A stretch of 39,459 nt of DNA from Pseudomonadota bacterium (GTDB lineage: Bacteria; Pseudomonadota; Gammaproteobacteria; Burkholderiales; Burkholderiaceae_C), in contig JBEEMX010000001.1 of assembly GCA_041192465.1 (NCBI GenBank), positions 1 through 39,459 on the forward strand. The letters run 5' to 3'. Shown in pieces: positions 26,425 to 36,024 of this stretch. Within the stretch, counting starts at the first letter, position 1. Each line of letters begins with the position of its first letter. The position numbers were made by a program, and so were the translations under genes. The notes below the pieces were generated by a model, which did not search any database, was not told the DNA's origin, and saw only the letters and a program-made list of their open reading frames with translations.

Positions 26425-27315
26425 ATGATTTACTCAACACCTGAACGCGCCGACAGCCGTGCCGTCGAACTGCAGGGGAATAAATTTTTGCCGTGGATCA
26501 TATCCCTAGCAGGATTGATCGGCATGTACGGGATAACTTTTTTTGATTTGTTTCACGGACTCTGGGCAGGCGATCAGCAAGGTCATGGGCCCATCGTGTT
26601 GGCCATATCGATCTGGTTGCTGTGGCAAAAGCGGATGGAACTCACCGCGCTGCCTGTTCAGCCCAATTCAGTGTCCGGATGGCTGCTGCTGGCGTTTGGC
26701 CTCTTACTGTATCTGGTTGGCAGATCGCAGAATATTTTAATTTTTGAAGTCGGGTCAATTGTCTTCATGACTGCTAGCGTGCTGCTGTTGCTGAGTGGTC
26801 ATTCAGCCGTGCGGTTGATGTGGTTTCCGTTGTTTTTCATGATTTTCATGGTGCCCCTGCCCGGTCTGTTTGTAGACGCTTTAACGCAGCCAATGAAAAT
26901 CGCTGTGTCATATGTTGCTGAATTCGTTCTCTACCATTTAGGCTACCCCATCAGCCGCAGCGGAGTAATTCTACAAATTGGTCAATACCAGCTCCTGGTA
27001 GCAGACGCCTGCGCTGGGCTTAATACTTTATTTACCCTCGAAGCACTCGGACTGCTATATCTAAATTTAGTCAGGCACCAGTCAGCCACCAGAAATATCC
27101 TGCTGGCCATCTTTATCGTTCCCATCAGCTTCACAGCGAACGTGATTCGCGTCATGGTTCTTACCCTGATCACCTACCATTTTGGTGACGCAGCTGGACA
27201 AGGTTTCTTGCACGGTTTCGCTGGCATGGTGCTCTTCCTCGCTGCACTGGCATTGATCATCGCCTCTGATGGCTTACTGCGCATACTATCGCCGAACAAA
27301 GAGCACGCCCGCTGA
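26425..27315 (+). CDS. xrtB: Exosortase B (EpsH)
   Basis: Multi-pass membrane protein; QGHGP, FMVPLP; catalytic Cys in VADACAGL, Arg in ANVIRV, His in GQGFLHGFAG. Confidence 0.93.
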   Translation: MIYSTPERADSRAVELQGNKFLPWIISLAGLIGMYGITFFDLFHGLWAGDQQGHGPIVLAISIWLLWQKRMELTALPVQPNSVSGWLLLAFGLLLYLVGRSQNILIFEVGSIVFMTASVLLLLSGHSAVRLMWFPLFFMIFMVPLPGLFVDALTQPMKIAVSYVAEFVLYHLGYPISRSGVILQIGQYQLLVADACAGLNTLFTLEALGLLYLNLVRHQSATRNILLAIFIVPISFTANVIRVMVLTLITYHFGDAAGQGFLHGFAGMVLFLAALALIIASDGLLRILSPNKEHAR

Positions 27316-27333
27316 ATCCATGTACAGACGTCC

Positions 27334-28017
27334 ATGAACAAACAATCGATCACAGCCATCGCTGCTGCCGTGTTGATGTCGATCACTGCAGCCTCAGCGA
27401 ACCACATACGTCCAACCCATTATTTTTCAGATACCCGCGGAGGACGGAAGCTAGAACAGATCGTGCCAGAAAAATTTGGCATTTGGCAACAGCAAGATCT
27501 AGCGGGGAACATTGTCAACCCGCAGCAGCAGCAACTGCTGAACGAGTTATACTCTGAACAGGTAAGTCGGACATACTTATCTGCCCAGGGATACAGAATC
27601 ATGCTGTCGATTGCTTACGGCAAGAATCAGAATGATTCGTTCCAAGTTCATCTGCCAGAAATCTGCTATCCAGCACAAGGATTCCAGGTCATATCCAGTG
27701 CCAAGGTCATGCTTGACACTCCCTTTGGGTCAATACCTACAAAACGACTCAATACAACTTACCAGTCACAGCGCATTGAGCCAGTCACTTACTGGACAAC
27801 CATCGGGAATTACGCTGTCAAGTCTGGCACGGACAAGAAGTTCAAGGAAATGCAGTACGCCATAGAAGGTCAGATTGCCGATGGCCTGCTGTTCCGCGTA
27901 TCCAGCATCGACCAGGATCTACCGCATGCGTTTGCTGCTCACCAACAATTCGTCATTGCCATGATGGCTTCACTTTCGGCAGAAGACCGACTTCGCCTGT
28001 CTGGCCTCACTCGGTAA
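27334..28017 (+). CDS. epsI: Exosortase-associated protein EpsI, B-type
   Basis: LEQIVPEKFGIW, LYSEQVSRTY, IMLSIAYG, QVHLPEICYPAQGF, EPVTYW, DGLLFRVSSI. Confidence 0.9.
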   Translation: MNKQSITAIAAAVLMSITAASANHIRPTHYFSDTRGGRKLEQIVPEKFGIWQQQDLAGNIVNPQQQQLLNELYSEQVSRTYLSAQGYRIMLSIAYGKNQNDSFQVHLPEICYPAQGFQVISSAKVMLDTPFGSIPTKRLNTTYQSQRIEPVTYWTTIGNYAVKSGTDKKFKEMQYAIEGQIADGLLFRVSSIDQDLPHAFAAHQQFVIAMMASLSAEDRLRLSGLTR

Positions 28018-28025
28018 TTCGCTGC

Positions 28026-29306
28026 ATGGCGATCAATTGGCGCAAGGCCGCCAAGGTTGGCACCTCGATATTTGACCAGGCATGGCTGAGTGGCATCAGT
28101 CTGTTGATTTCTCTCATCTTTGTCCGGGAACTGGAAAAGGACGAGTTCGGGCTCTACGTTCTGCTCCTCAATACCTCGCTATTTTTCCAAGGAATCGGCG
28201 GAGCGCTGCTGTCGGCCCCGTACACCACCATTTATCCGCGCACGCACGGCGACAACCAACGTGCAGTTGTCGATGTCTACACCCGCGGGACACTTGCATT
28301 CGCGCTAGTGTCAGCCTTGCTCGCTTTCTTGGGGTACATAATCTATGGAACCGCGTCGCATGATTCGCTGATGACCCTAGCGACAGGGACCGGTTTCGCA
28401 GTCTGTATTCTGGGCTCTGTCTCGAAAGACAATATTAGGGTATTCAACTACTCGCAGAACAATCCAACTGCAGCGCTGAAAAACAATCTTGTCTACGGCG
28501 GGTTACTGATGAGCAGCATTTTTGTGATGCTGCAGACAAAAACGGTATCCGCTGCAGGTGTGCTAATGGCGATCGGGATCTCCAGTGCCCTCGTGAGCAT
28601 GCCGCGTCTGCTGAAATCCGGCATACAGATCGCACCGATGGCCGGAGGTACAACAGCGCGCAGTCGCCAGTTGCTGAGCGAATTCTGGGCCTGCGGTCGC
28701 TGGGCAGTACTGGGTTCATTCGTAACCTTTCTGACCAGCAATACCTATCCCTATCTCGCCGCAATCAGTTTCAGCAAATCCGAAGTTGCCGACATTTCGG
28801 TGGCACGATTGCTTTCGATGCCCATCGCACTGATCGGTGCAGCTTGGTTCAATTTAATGCGCTCCCGATTATCCCAATGGGCGGCGGAGCACCAATATGA
28901 AAAACTGGACTCGACCGTCCAGAATTCGGTAGCTGCAGCAACTGCGCTGTCAGTGCTTGTCGGCATCGTGGTCTACTTTTTCGGCGATCTGATCCGATTC
29001 CTATTCGGTGACAAATATGCCAATCTCAAAATGCTGACGCTCCTGTGGACCGCACAGACAGGACTGGCGTTCATCAAGGGCATCTACGCGGCCACGCTCA
29101 TGACCGGCGACACGGGTTTCAAGGATCTCAGTCGCATTGGCGTTATCACGTTGGCGGCGACTGTTGTCGTGATGCTCATCGCCAGTACAACGCTCTATTC
29201 AGGATCGATCGTGCTGGCGCTGGCTTTTCTGGAAGTCGTCCAGATTGCCTTGATCAGGCGCAAGCGATTTCACATGCAGGTACAGCGATGCCCAGCCTTC
29301 AACTAA
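28026..29306 (+). CDS. Polysaccharide flippase (Wzx-like)
   Basis: Highly hydrophobic multi-TM protein; DQAWLSGISL...RELEKDEFGLY opening and LFGDKY motif are typical of MOP-superfamily flippases; EPS context. Confidence 0.75.
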   Translation: MAINWRKAAKVGTSIFDQAWLSGISLLISLIFVRELEKDEFGLYVLLLNTSLFFQGIGGALLSAPYTTIYPRTHGDNQRAVVDVYTRGTLAFALVSALLAFLGYIIYGTASHDSLMTLATGTGFAVCILGSVSKDNIRVFNYSQNNPTAALKNNLVYGGLLMSSIFVMLQTKTVSAAGVLMAIGISSALVSMPRLLKSGIQIAPMAGGTTARSRQLLSEFWACGRWAVLGSFVTFLTSNTYPYLAAISFSKSEVADISVARLLSMPIALIGAAWFNLMRSRLSQWAAEHQYEKLDSTVQNSVAAATALSVLVGIVVYFFGDLIRFLFGDKYANLKMLTLLWTAQTGLAFIKGIYAATLMTGDTGFKDLSRIGVITLAATVVVMLIASTTLYSGSIVLALAFLEVVQIALIRRKRFHMQVQRCPAFN

Positions 29307-30646
29307 TTTTCCAGATCATCGCTGGCCTTGGGCCCTATTTTTCTGTTGCCATACTGCTTGCCATTTTTCTGGGATTGTTTCTGCCCTGGGGAGTCACGCA
29401 CCCACAGAAATGGTTGTACTTTTATATCATCGGATTGTCACTACTGCCTTTTGGCGGAAATGATCCGGACGAAGGGGGGAGTCTCTACAAGCAGATCACT
29501 TGGGGACTGCTGTACGTACTCTGCTTCGTGAGCATCATCAGATCGAGCAAGGATACTGGTGCCCCAAAAATACATATTCCGATCGAATTATTCCTGCTCT
29601 ATGGATTCATTTTCATAACGATTGCGTGGTCCGACTACAAACTGAGTTCTTTCAAGCGCTACGTGCTTCTTGTGGGGCTGCTGCTGATCGCCATACTGTC
29701 CTCAAGGCTTTCAATGCTCGACAGGTCATTCGCCAAGATATTTAACAAGCCACTTGCCATCTTCATGCTTTGCGGAGCGGCAGTCGCCGCAGCATGGCCC
29801 AGTCTGGCTTTTGATACCGATGGCGCTCTTCGAGCATTCACATCCCACAAAAATACATGGGGGCAGTTCACGCTCTTGTGTTCGATTTTATTCTTCAACA
29901 ATATCTTGGCCCGAGACAACCGGAAACTGTACCTGCCGCTGCTCGCTGCCTCACTGGTCATGCTGTACATGTCCAAAAGCGCAACCAGCATGTTAGCCTT
30001 TGCTTTTTGCGCTTTGCTGGCCTATGGATTTTCCAGCAAGAACGTGGCAGGGAAATTTATTGTACTGATGAGTGTACTGGCCAGTGCGGTGGCAGTGCTC
30101 GTCTACTCTGTTCTGCATGGGGCGCTGCCTTTTGATTCCTTGATCGAACTGGTCTACAAGACCACAGACAAGTCTTCCACGCTGACGGGGCGCACCCAGC
30201 TCTGGCAATTAATGGACGCGGAAATCGCGCGCCACCCCTGGCTGGGAACTGGTTTTGGTGGATTCTGGGTGGGCCAGGATGGCCCTTCCGGCGCAGTCGG
30301 ACGGCGCCTCGATTGGGGTCCACCAACACAAGCTCACAGCGGCTACATCGACGGCTTGAATGAAATCGGTGCAGTCGGAATGGTCCTGTATGCAATCGTG
30401 ATGCTATGTCATATATACCGTTGCTTCGGACTTTATGAGGCAGGCATGAAAGTACATTTCCTGCTGCATTTTTCCCTCATTGTCGGTTTTCTGACGAATA
30501 ACTATGCAGAATCTTCACTGATTCAAGGGACTAATATGTGGTGGATCATCACGACCTGCTCGATCATCGAGGTCTATAACCGTCTACGCCTACACAAATC
30601 TACCCAAGCAAAGCCGCCGGCCGCAAGGTCAGGTCTTCAGTTCTAG
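29288..30646 (+). CDS. O-antigen ligase/polymerase family protein (Wzy_C, ExoQ-like)
   Basis: FTSHKNTWG, SKSATS, TLTGRTQLW, HPWLGTGFGGFW, QAHSGYID. ATG 29288 overlaps the flippase end. Confidence 0.85.
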   Translation: MPSLQLIFQIIAGLGPYFSVAILLAIFLGLFLPWGVTHPQKWLYFYIIGLSLLPFGGNDPDEGGSLYKQITWGLLYVLCFVSIIRSSKDTGAPKIHIPIELFLLYGFIFITIAWSDYKLSSFKRYVLLVGLLLIAILSSRLSMLDRSFAKIFNKPLAIFMLCGAAVAAAWPSLAFDTDGALRAFTSHKNTWGQFTLLCSILFFNNILARDNRKLYLPLLAASLVMLYMSKSATSMLAFAFCALLAYGFSSKNVAGKFIVLMSVLASAVAVLVYSVLHGALPFDSLIELVYKTTDKSSTLTGRTQLWQLMDAEIARHPWLGTGFGGFWVGQDGPSGAVGRRLDWGPPTQAHSGYIDGLNEIGAVGMVLYAIVMLCHIYRCFGLYEAGMKVHFLLHFSLIVGFLTNNYAESSLIQGTNMWWIITTCSIIEVYNRLRLHKSTQAKPPAARSGLQF

Positions 30647-30679
30647 ACTGTCGGGTTATCCTAATTTGTTGCGTGGTCT

Positions 30680-31603
30680 ATGAATTCGCCCGTTCGTCAG
30701 ATTTCCATTTGTATCTGCACCTACAAACGATCAGAGGGGTTGCTGCGTGCGCTGCAGTCACTGGTCGGGATGACCACTCCTGCAGAATGCAGTCTGGAGA
30801 TTATCGTTGTAGACAATGAAGCCGCGGGGTCCGCGGCACCCGTCGTCGAAAGAATCCGGCAAACCAATTCTGCGCTGAATATCAGGTATATCCTGGAGTC
30901 TAGGCCCGGTGTCAGCCACGCACGCAACCGCTGCTTGGATACCGCGACAGGAGAAGTCTTGGCGTTCATCGATGACGATGAGTTCGTCCATGGCGAGTGG
31001 CTCGTGGAACTGCTGCGCTGTATGGACAACACGTGCGCTGACGCAGTGTTCGGCCCGGTGGTTCCCTATTTCGAGGTGCCGCCGACGGCTTGGCTGTTGG
31101 CGTCCGGAGTCAATGACCGCATGCGCTTTGCGACGGGAACGGAACTTCCCTGGCAAGAAGCACGCACCGGAAATGTGATGCTCCGACGCACCATGATTGA
31201 TGGAGGGCATCGTTTTTCCACCGACTTTGCCCGCACCGGTGGCGAGGACAGCCTGTTCTTTGCCGCCGCACAGCAGCGTGGGAGCAAGCTGGTCTGGTGC
31301 GATGAAGCTGTCGTCCAGGAGTCTGTTCCTGTCCAGCGCATGGCGAGGTCGTGGGTTCTGCATCGGGCATTCATGGGCGGCCGCACCTACGTGCGGCTGG
31401 AAGCTCGCATGGGGCGTCGTTGGCCCTATCCCTATTTCGCGCTTCGTGGGCTGGTGGCGGCACTGGTGTCGGTGGTGACCATCGCCACGCTCTATGTGCG
31501 GAGAGATACACGGCACGTGCGCCACCTGTGCAGGCTGTATGGACACCTCGGCAAGATGGCAGCCTGTTTCTACTCGCGCGGCCCATATGCCGGTGATCTG
31601 TGA
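30680..31603 (+). CDS. GT2 glycosyltransferase (ExoM-like)
   Basis: ICICTYKR, IIVVDN, GVSHARN, AFIDDDE, TGNVML, TGGEDS. Confidence 0.88.
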   Translation: MNSPVRQISICICTYKRSEGLLRALQSLVGMTTPAECSLEIIVVDNEAAGSAAPVVERIRQTNSALNIRYILESRPGVSHARNRCLDTATGEVLAFIDDDEFVHGEWLVELLRCMDNTCADAVFGPVVPYFEVPPTAWLLASGVNDRMRFATGTELPWQEARTGNVMLRRTMIDGGHRFSTDFARTGGEDSLFFAAAQQRGSKLVWCDEAVVQESVPVQRMARSWVLHRAFMGGRTYVRLEARMGRRWPYPYFALRGLVAALVSVVTIATLYVRRDTRHVRHLCRLYGHLGKMAACFYSRGPYAGDL

Positions 31604-32817
31604 TGGAGACAGACACACGCGCTCGCCCCTTGCGCATCCTCATCGTCCACAATCGCTACCAGATCCGCGGCGGCGAAGAATCCGTAGTAGATGCCGAGAT
31701 CGCTTTGCTGCGCGGCCACGGACATGAAGTGCGGCTCTACGAGCGCGACAACCATGACATAGACGGCAAGTCGCGGCTCGTCCTGTTGCGGGATACCCTC
31801 TGGTCGCCGTCGAGCCACGCTGATGTCACGCGCCTGATCAACGAGTTTCAGGCCGACGTGGTGCATGTGCACAACACGCTGCCGCTGGTGTCGCCGTCGG
31901 TCTACTGGGCGGTCGATGCAGCGCCACGCGGCGTCGCACTGGTGCAAACGCTCCACAACTACCGCTGGTTCTGTCCCAAGGCAACGCTGTTGCGGGATGG
32001 CAAGATCTGCGAAGACTGCATCGGCAAGGTGGCGTGGCGCGCGGTGGTTCACCGCTGCTATCGGGACTCCGCCGTGCAGAGCGCGGTGATGGCAGCAACC
32101 TATGGCCTCCATACCGCCTTGGGTTCCCTGCACCGGCACGCGGACCGGATCATCGCGCTGAGCGAGTTTGCCCGGGACAAATATGTGGCCAACGGATTTC
32201 CCGCGGCGCTGATGGCGATCAAGCCCAACTTCGTGTCGGACCCAGGGCCAGACACCCAGCCGGCCCGGGACCGGACCGGGTTCCTGTACGTTGGTCGACT
32301 GTCCGAGGAAAAGGGGCCCCACGTGCTGGTCGAGGCGGCAGGACAGGTGACGGAACTGCGGTTCGAGATCGCCGGCGGCGGGCCGCTTGCACCGCAATTG
32401 CCAGCCCGAAGCAATGTCGTCTACAGCGGCACGGTCTCGGCAGATGCCGTGCGGGACAAGATGCGGCGGGCCAGGATGCTGGTCCTGCCAAGCCTGTGTT
32501 ACGAAGGCCTGCCGATGACGCTGGTGGAAGCCTACTGCAGCGGCCTGCCAGTGCTGGCCAGTCGCCTCGGGCCTTTGGCAACACTGGTCGAGGACGGCGT
32601 GACAGGTCTGCTCTTCACGCCAGGGGATGTCCGGGATCTGGCCGACAAGCTGCGTTGGGCCGCTGAACATCCCGAGGCAGTGCGTGACATGGGCATCGCG
32701 GCACGACAGGCTTATCTGGACCACTACACACCCGAGTCCAACTACCGGCAACTGATGGCGATCTACCGGGAAGCGATCGTCCACCGGCGCGCGACGGCCG
32801 GCCTCACTGGAGCGTGA
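31603..32817 (+). CDS. GT4 glycosyltransferase
   Basis: HNRYQIRGGEE, VVHVHN, TLHNYR, YVGRLSEEKG, EX7E motif YEGLPMTLVEA; TGATG coupling to the GT2 gene. Confidence 0.9.
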   Translation: METDTRARPLRILIVHNRYQIRGGEESVVDAEIALLRGHGHEVRLYERDNHDIDGKSRLVLLRDTLWSPSSHADVTRLINEFQADVVHVHNTLPLVSPSVYWAVDAAPRGVALVQTLHNYRWFCPKATLLRDGKICEDCIGKVAWRAVVHRCYRDSAVQSAVMAATYGLHTALGSLHRHADRIIALSEFARDKYVANGFPAALMAIKPNFVSDPGPDTQPARDRTGFLYVGRLSEEKGPHVLVEAAGQVTELRFEIAGGGPLAPQLPARSNVVYSGTVSADAVRDKMRRARMLVLPSLCYEGLPMTLVEAYCSGLPVLASRLGPLATLVEDGVTGLLFTPGDVRDLADKLRWAAEHPEAVRDMGIAARQAYLDHYTPESNYRQLMAIYREAIVHRRATAGLTGA

Positions 32818-33886
32818 GGCTGCCGCCAGGACGCCGCAGTTTGACTGGTGCACGTCCGAACACCGCCGTGTGCTCGATGGCCGCCTTGGCTTCTCGCCCC
32901 TGCGCCAGCACTTCGTGGATCCAGCGCATCGTGCGGGCTTCTGCTGGTTCGGCCGATGCGCACGGATCGAGTGCGTCGATCAACTCGCGGATGCCATCGC
33001 GCAGCGCCAGTTCGGGCCGGTAGCCCAACAGCTCCTGCGCTTTGCGGCAACACGGACGGTGGTGGTGAAGATCCGGTGCGCCACCTTCCAGAATGATCCG
33101 GACCGTGCCACCCAGCTCTGCCCGAACAACGTCCGCCACCGCTGCAGCACTCGCATTGTGGTGACTGATGTTGAAGATCTGCCGGCTGACCACACCGGTC
33201 GGAGCGTTGAGCGCAGCGAGGATGCCCGCCACGGCATCGCCAAGATGCACATGCCCTCGGCACTGCGCACCGTGGTTGTCCAGGGTGATCTGCCGCAGAC
33301 GCAAGGCGCTCAGGACCATGGCATTGACCAGCAGGTCCAGGCGCATGCGCGAACCGCGTCCGTGGACCAGCCCCATTCGCAACACCGAAGGAGCAAAGCC
33401 AATCCCCGCCAGCGGAAGAATGGCGGTCTCTGCCAACAGGCAGTGCTGCGCCTGGTGCGTGAGGGGCCGCACCGGCGAGGTCTCGGTAGATTCCGCTGCG
33501 CTGGCATGGCCGTAGACGCTGCAGCTACTGATCAGCAGGTAGCGCGGTACCCCACAGCTTCGTGCCAGCTGCGCCAGGCGAACCTGGGCCCGGTGATTGA
33601 CGGCGTCAGCGCCGGCTGGATCTGACTCGGCAGCCAACTCACTCGACAGCCCGGCCAGATCGACCACAGCCTGCATTCCGGTGAGGTGTCCACGGTGCAG
33701 CGCACGGGTGTCCATGCGGTGGATGTGCAAGCGGCTGTGGTGGCGCAACTCCGCCAGCCCCTGGTCACCAAAGATCATGCTGTCCACGGCCGTCACGGCA
33801 TGCCCGCGTGCCAGCAATGCGCGCACCAGCGCCGATCCGATGTAGCCAGCGGCACCGGTGACCAGAATTTGCTGAGGGCGGTCCAT
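32804..33886 (-). CDS. NAD-dependent epimerase/dehydratase-like SDR with degenerate active site
   Basis: ILVTGAAGYIGS, ISSCSVYG, RMRLDLLVN, HVHLGDA; the YxxxK position reads QAQHC. Confidence 0.8.
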   Translation of the reverse strand: MDRPQQILVTGAAGYIGSALVRALLARGHAVTAVDSMIFGDQGLAELRHHSRLHIHRMDTRALHRGHLTGMQAVVDLAGLSSELAAESDPAGADAVNHRAQVRLAQLARSCGVPRYLLISSCSVYGHASAAESTETSPVRPLTHQAQHCLLAETAILPLAGIGFAPSVLRMGLVHGRGSRMRLDLLVNAMVLSALRLRQITLDNHGAQCRGHVHLGDAVAGILAALNAPTGVVSRQIFNISHHNASAAAVADVVRAELGGTVRIILEGGAPDLHHHRPCCRKAQELLGYRPELALRDGIRELIDALDPCASAEPAEARTMRWIHEVLAQGREAKAAIEHTAVFGRAPVKLRRPGGSLTLQ

Positions 33887-34049
33887 GATGATGGGAAGGG
33901 AGTGAGGGGCTGGACGTCTATGTGCTGTGGCGCAACGCACATGTGGCGTGGCGTGGCGCGCTATTGCGTGACTGTGCCGCTTTCATCACACATTCCAGTC
34001 CCCTCGAACACGGGTTGTTTCCAAATTCCCGATCAAGGTGAGAACTATG

Positions 34050-35162
34050 TCAGCTGCAGGTGGACTTGCGGGACAGGGTGTTGCGAATCACCTCAACCGC
34101 GCGGTAGACATCACTGTCCTGCAAGCCCTGGTGGATCGGCAGGCACAGCCCCTCGCCATACAAGGTGTCACAGATCGGCAGATCCACAGCATCGATCAGG
34201 CCGTTGAGACACGGCTGGCGGTGCAGCGGATAAAACATCGAGCGCGTCTGCACGCCTGCTGACTCCAGCGCATCGCGCAGCTCCGGCATGCGCGGGCACA
34301 GGATCGGAAACCGGAAGGGGATGAACTCCGAGTTCGGATCCACCTTCATGAAGCGCAGCTGCTCCAGACCAGTCAACCCCTCCTGGAAGAGCGCATAGCG
34401 GCGCAGGCGGTCCGCCTTGATTTGAGGGAGCCTGGCCATCTGCGCCTGGCCGACAGCGCACTGCATGTCGGTAACGCGAAAGTTCATGCCCAGTGTTTCA
34501 TGGATGAACGACCCGCTGGATTCACGCCCCTGGTTGCGCAGCAGGCTGATGCGGCGCGCCAGGTGTTGCTCTCGCGACAGCACCGCTGCCCCCTCGCCCA
34601 TCGTGATGGTCTTGTCGGCGAAGAACGAGATCACGCCGACATCACCGAAGGTTCCTGCGTGCTGGCCGCGGTAGCGCACGCCACACGCCTGCGCTGCGTC
34701 CTCGATGACCACCAGACCATGGCGCTTGCCGACGGCGGCAATCTCTGCGGCATAGGCAGCCTGGCCGTAAATGTGTACGGGCATCAGGGCCGAAGTGCGG
34801 GCAGTGATGGCGCGCTCGAATGCTTCCGGACGCGCGGTGAAAGTGTTCGGATCGACGTCAACGAGCACTGGCTTGAGCCCAGCGAACACCGCCGCGCTGG
34901 CCGAGGCCATGAAGGTGAACCCCGGGATGATGATCTCGCTGCCGCGCGGCAGATCCAGCGCCAGCAAGGCCAGGAACAGCCCCAGCGTGCCATTGGGCGC
35001 CAGCGCGATGTGGTTGGCGCCGGTGAGCTGACTCAGGCTCTGCCGGAAGGCGGATGCGGCCGGCCCCTCGGTCAACCAGTTCCGTTCGATGCAGCCATTG
35101 AGTGCTTCGAGTTCCGAGCGCCCGAGCCACGGTTCGACCTGCTGAATACGTTGGAACTGCAT
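34050..35162 (-). CDS. DegT/DnrJ/EryC1/StrS PLP-dependent sugar aminotransferase
   Basis: NGTLGL, PGFTFMAS, PVHIYGQ, IEDAAQA, PLP lysine in SFFADKTITMGEG, GMNFRVTDMQCAVG, LCLPIH; AAGGGG RBS before ATG 35162. Confidence 0.92.
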   Translation of the reverse strand: MQFQRIQQVEPWLGRSELEALNGCIERNWLTEGPAASAFRQSLSQLTGANHIALAPNGTLGLFLALLALDLPRGSEIIIPGFTFMASASAAVFAGLKPVLVDVDPNTFTARPEAFERAITARTSALMPVHIYGQAAYAAEIAAVGKRHGLVVIEDAAQACGVRYRGQHAGTFGDVGVISFFADKTITMGEGAAVLSREQHLARRISLLRNQGRESSGSFIHETLGMNFRVTDMQCAVGQAQMARLPQIKADRLRRYALFQEGLTGLEQLRFMKVDPNSEFIPFRFPILCPRMPELRDALESAGVQTRSMFYPLHRQPCLNGLIDAVDLPICDTLYGEGLCLPIHQGLQDSDVYRAVEVIRNTLSRKSTCS

Positions 35163-35205
35163 GTGTTTTATCCCCTTTTGCCGACGGTTGATGTCCGCTG
35201 CAAGC

Positions 35206-36021
35206 TTAATCGCGGGGAGCGCCGTACCACCGAGTCTGTACCAGTGCGTGCCGTGCAAACTGCCTCAAGGCACCCACCACGAACAGGGGGAGATTGACCA
35301 GACAGCGTTTCCAGAGCCGGCGGGGCTCCTGCATCAGCCGGAAAAACCATTCAAGGCCATGGTCGCGCATCCAGGCAGGGGCGCGTGCGACGGTGCCGGC
35401 GTGGAAGTCAATGCCGGCGCCAATGCCCAGCATCACGGCATGCACCCGACCGCGGTGGTCGAACATCCAGCGGTCTTCCTTGGGGCATCCCAGCCCGGTC
35501 ATCACCAGATGCGCACCGGACGCATGGATCCGCGCGATGTCGGCAGTGTCCTCTTCCTCGCTGAGCGGGCGGAACGGTGGCGAGTGCAAGCCCACGATGT
35601 TCAGATTCGGATAGGCGGCCACCAGCACCGTGTTCAACGCCGCGAGCGTGCGGTCGGTGGTGCCATAGACATAGACACCCAAGCCGCGCAGCTCGGCCTC
35701 GACGAGCAGCCGCTCCATCAGGTCAGGGCCGTTGATGCGCTCCTGCTGCGGATGCCCGAGGCGACGCAGCATGGCGGCCACGGGCCAACCGTCCGGCGTG
35801 ACCATGTCGGCATCGGCGATGTGGCGGCCATGCAGCGGGTCGCGGCCAGCACGCACGATCGAATGGGCATCGCAGATGGACACATAGCGCGACTCTCGCC
35901 GTTCTGCCCAGTGGCAGATGCGTTCTACTGCGGTTGTCCAGTCCAGTACATCCACCTGCACGCCCAGCACAGGGTGCTGCTGCCGTCCAGTCACATGGGT
36001 GTCCAGCGCAGAGGCCACCAT
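35206..36021 (-). CDS. WecB/TagA/CpsF-family (GT26) glycosyltransferase, divergent second copy
   Basis: PDGWPV, ERINGPDL, SPPFR, GLGCPKED, GIGAGID, RAPAWM..GLEW..RL.QEPRRL. Confidence 0.88.
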   Translation of the reverse strand: MVASALDTHVTGRQQHPVLGVQVDVLDWTTAVERICHWAERRESRYVSICDAHSIVRAGRDPLHGRHIADADMVTPDGWPVAAMLRRLGHPQQERINGPDLMERLLVEAELRGLGVYVYGTTDRTLAALNTVLVAAYPNLNIVGLHSPPFRPLSEEEDTADIARIHASGAHLVMTGLGCPKEDRWMFDHRGRVHAVMLGIGAGIDFHAGTVARAPAWMRDHGLEWFFRLMQEPRRLWKRCLVNLPLFVVGALRQFARHALVQTRWYGAPRD

Positions 36022-36024
36022 GCT

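Noticed and set aside
33946-33970. GTGGC x3 microrepeat and sigma54-like TGGCGCGCTATTGC
   Set aside because: GG-GC spacing is 9 rather than 10, it points away from the SDR gene, and the repeat is too short to be meaningful.
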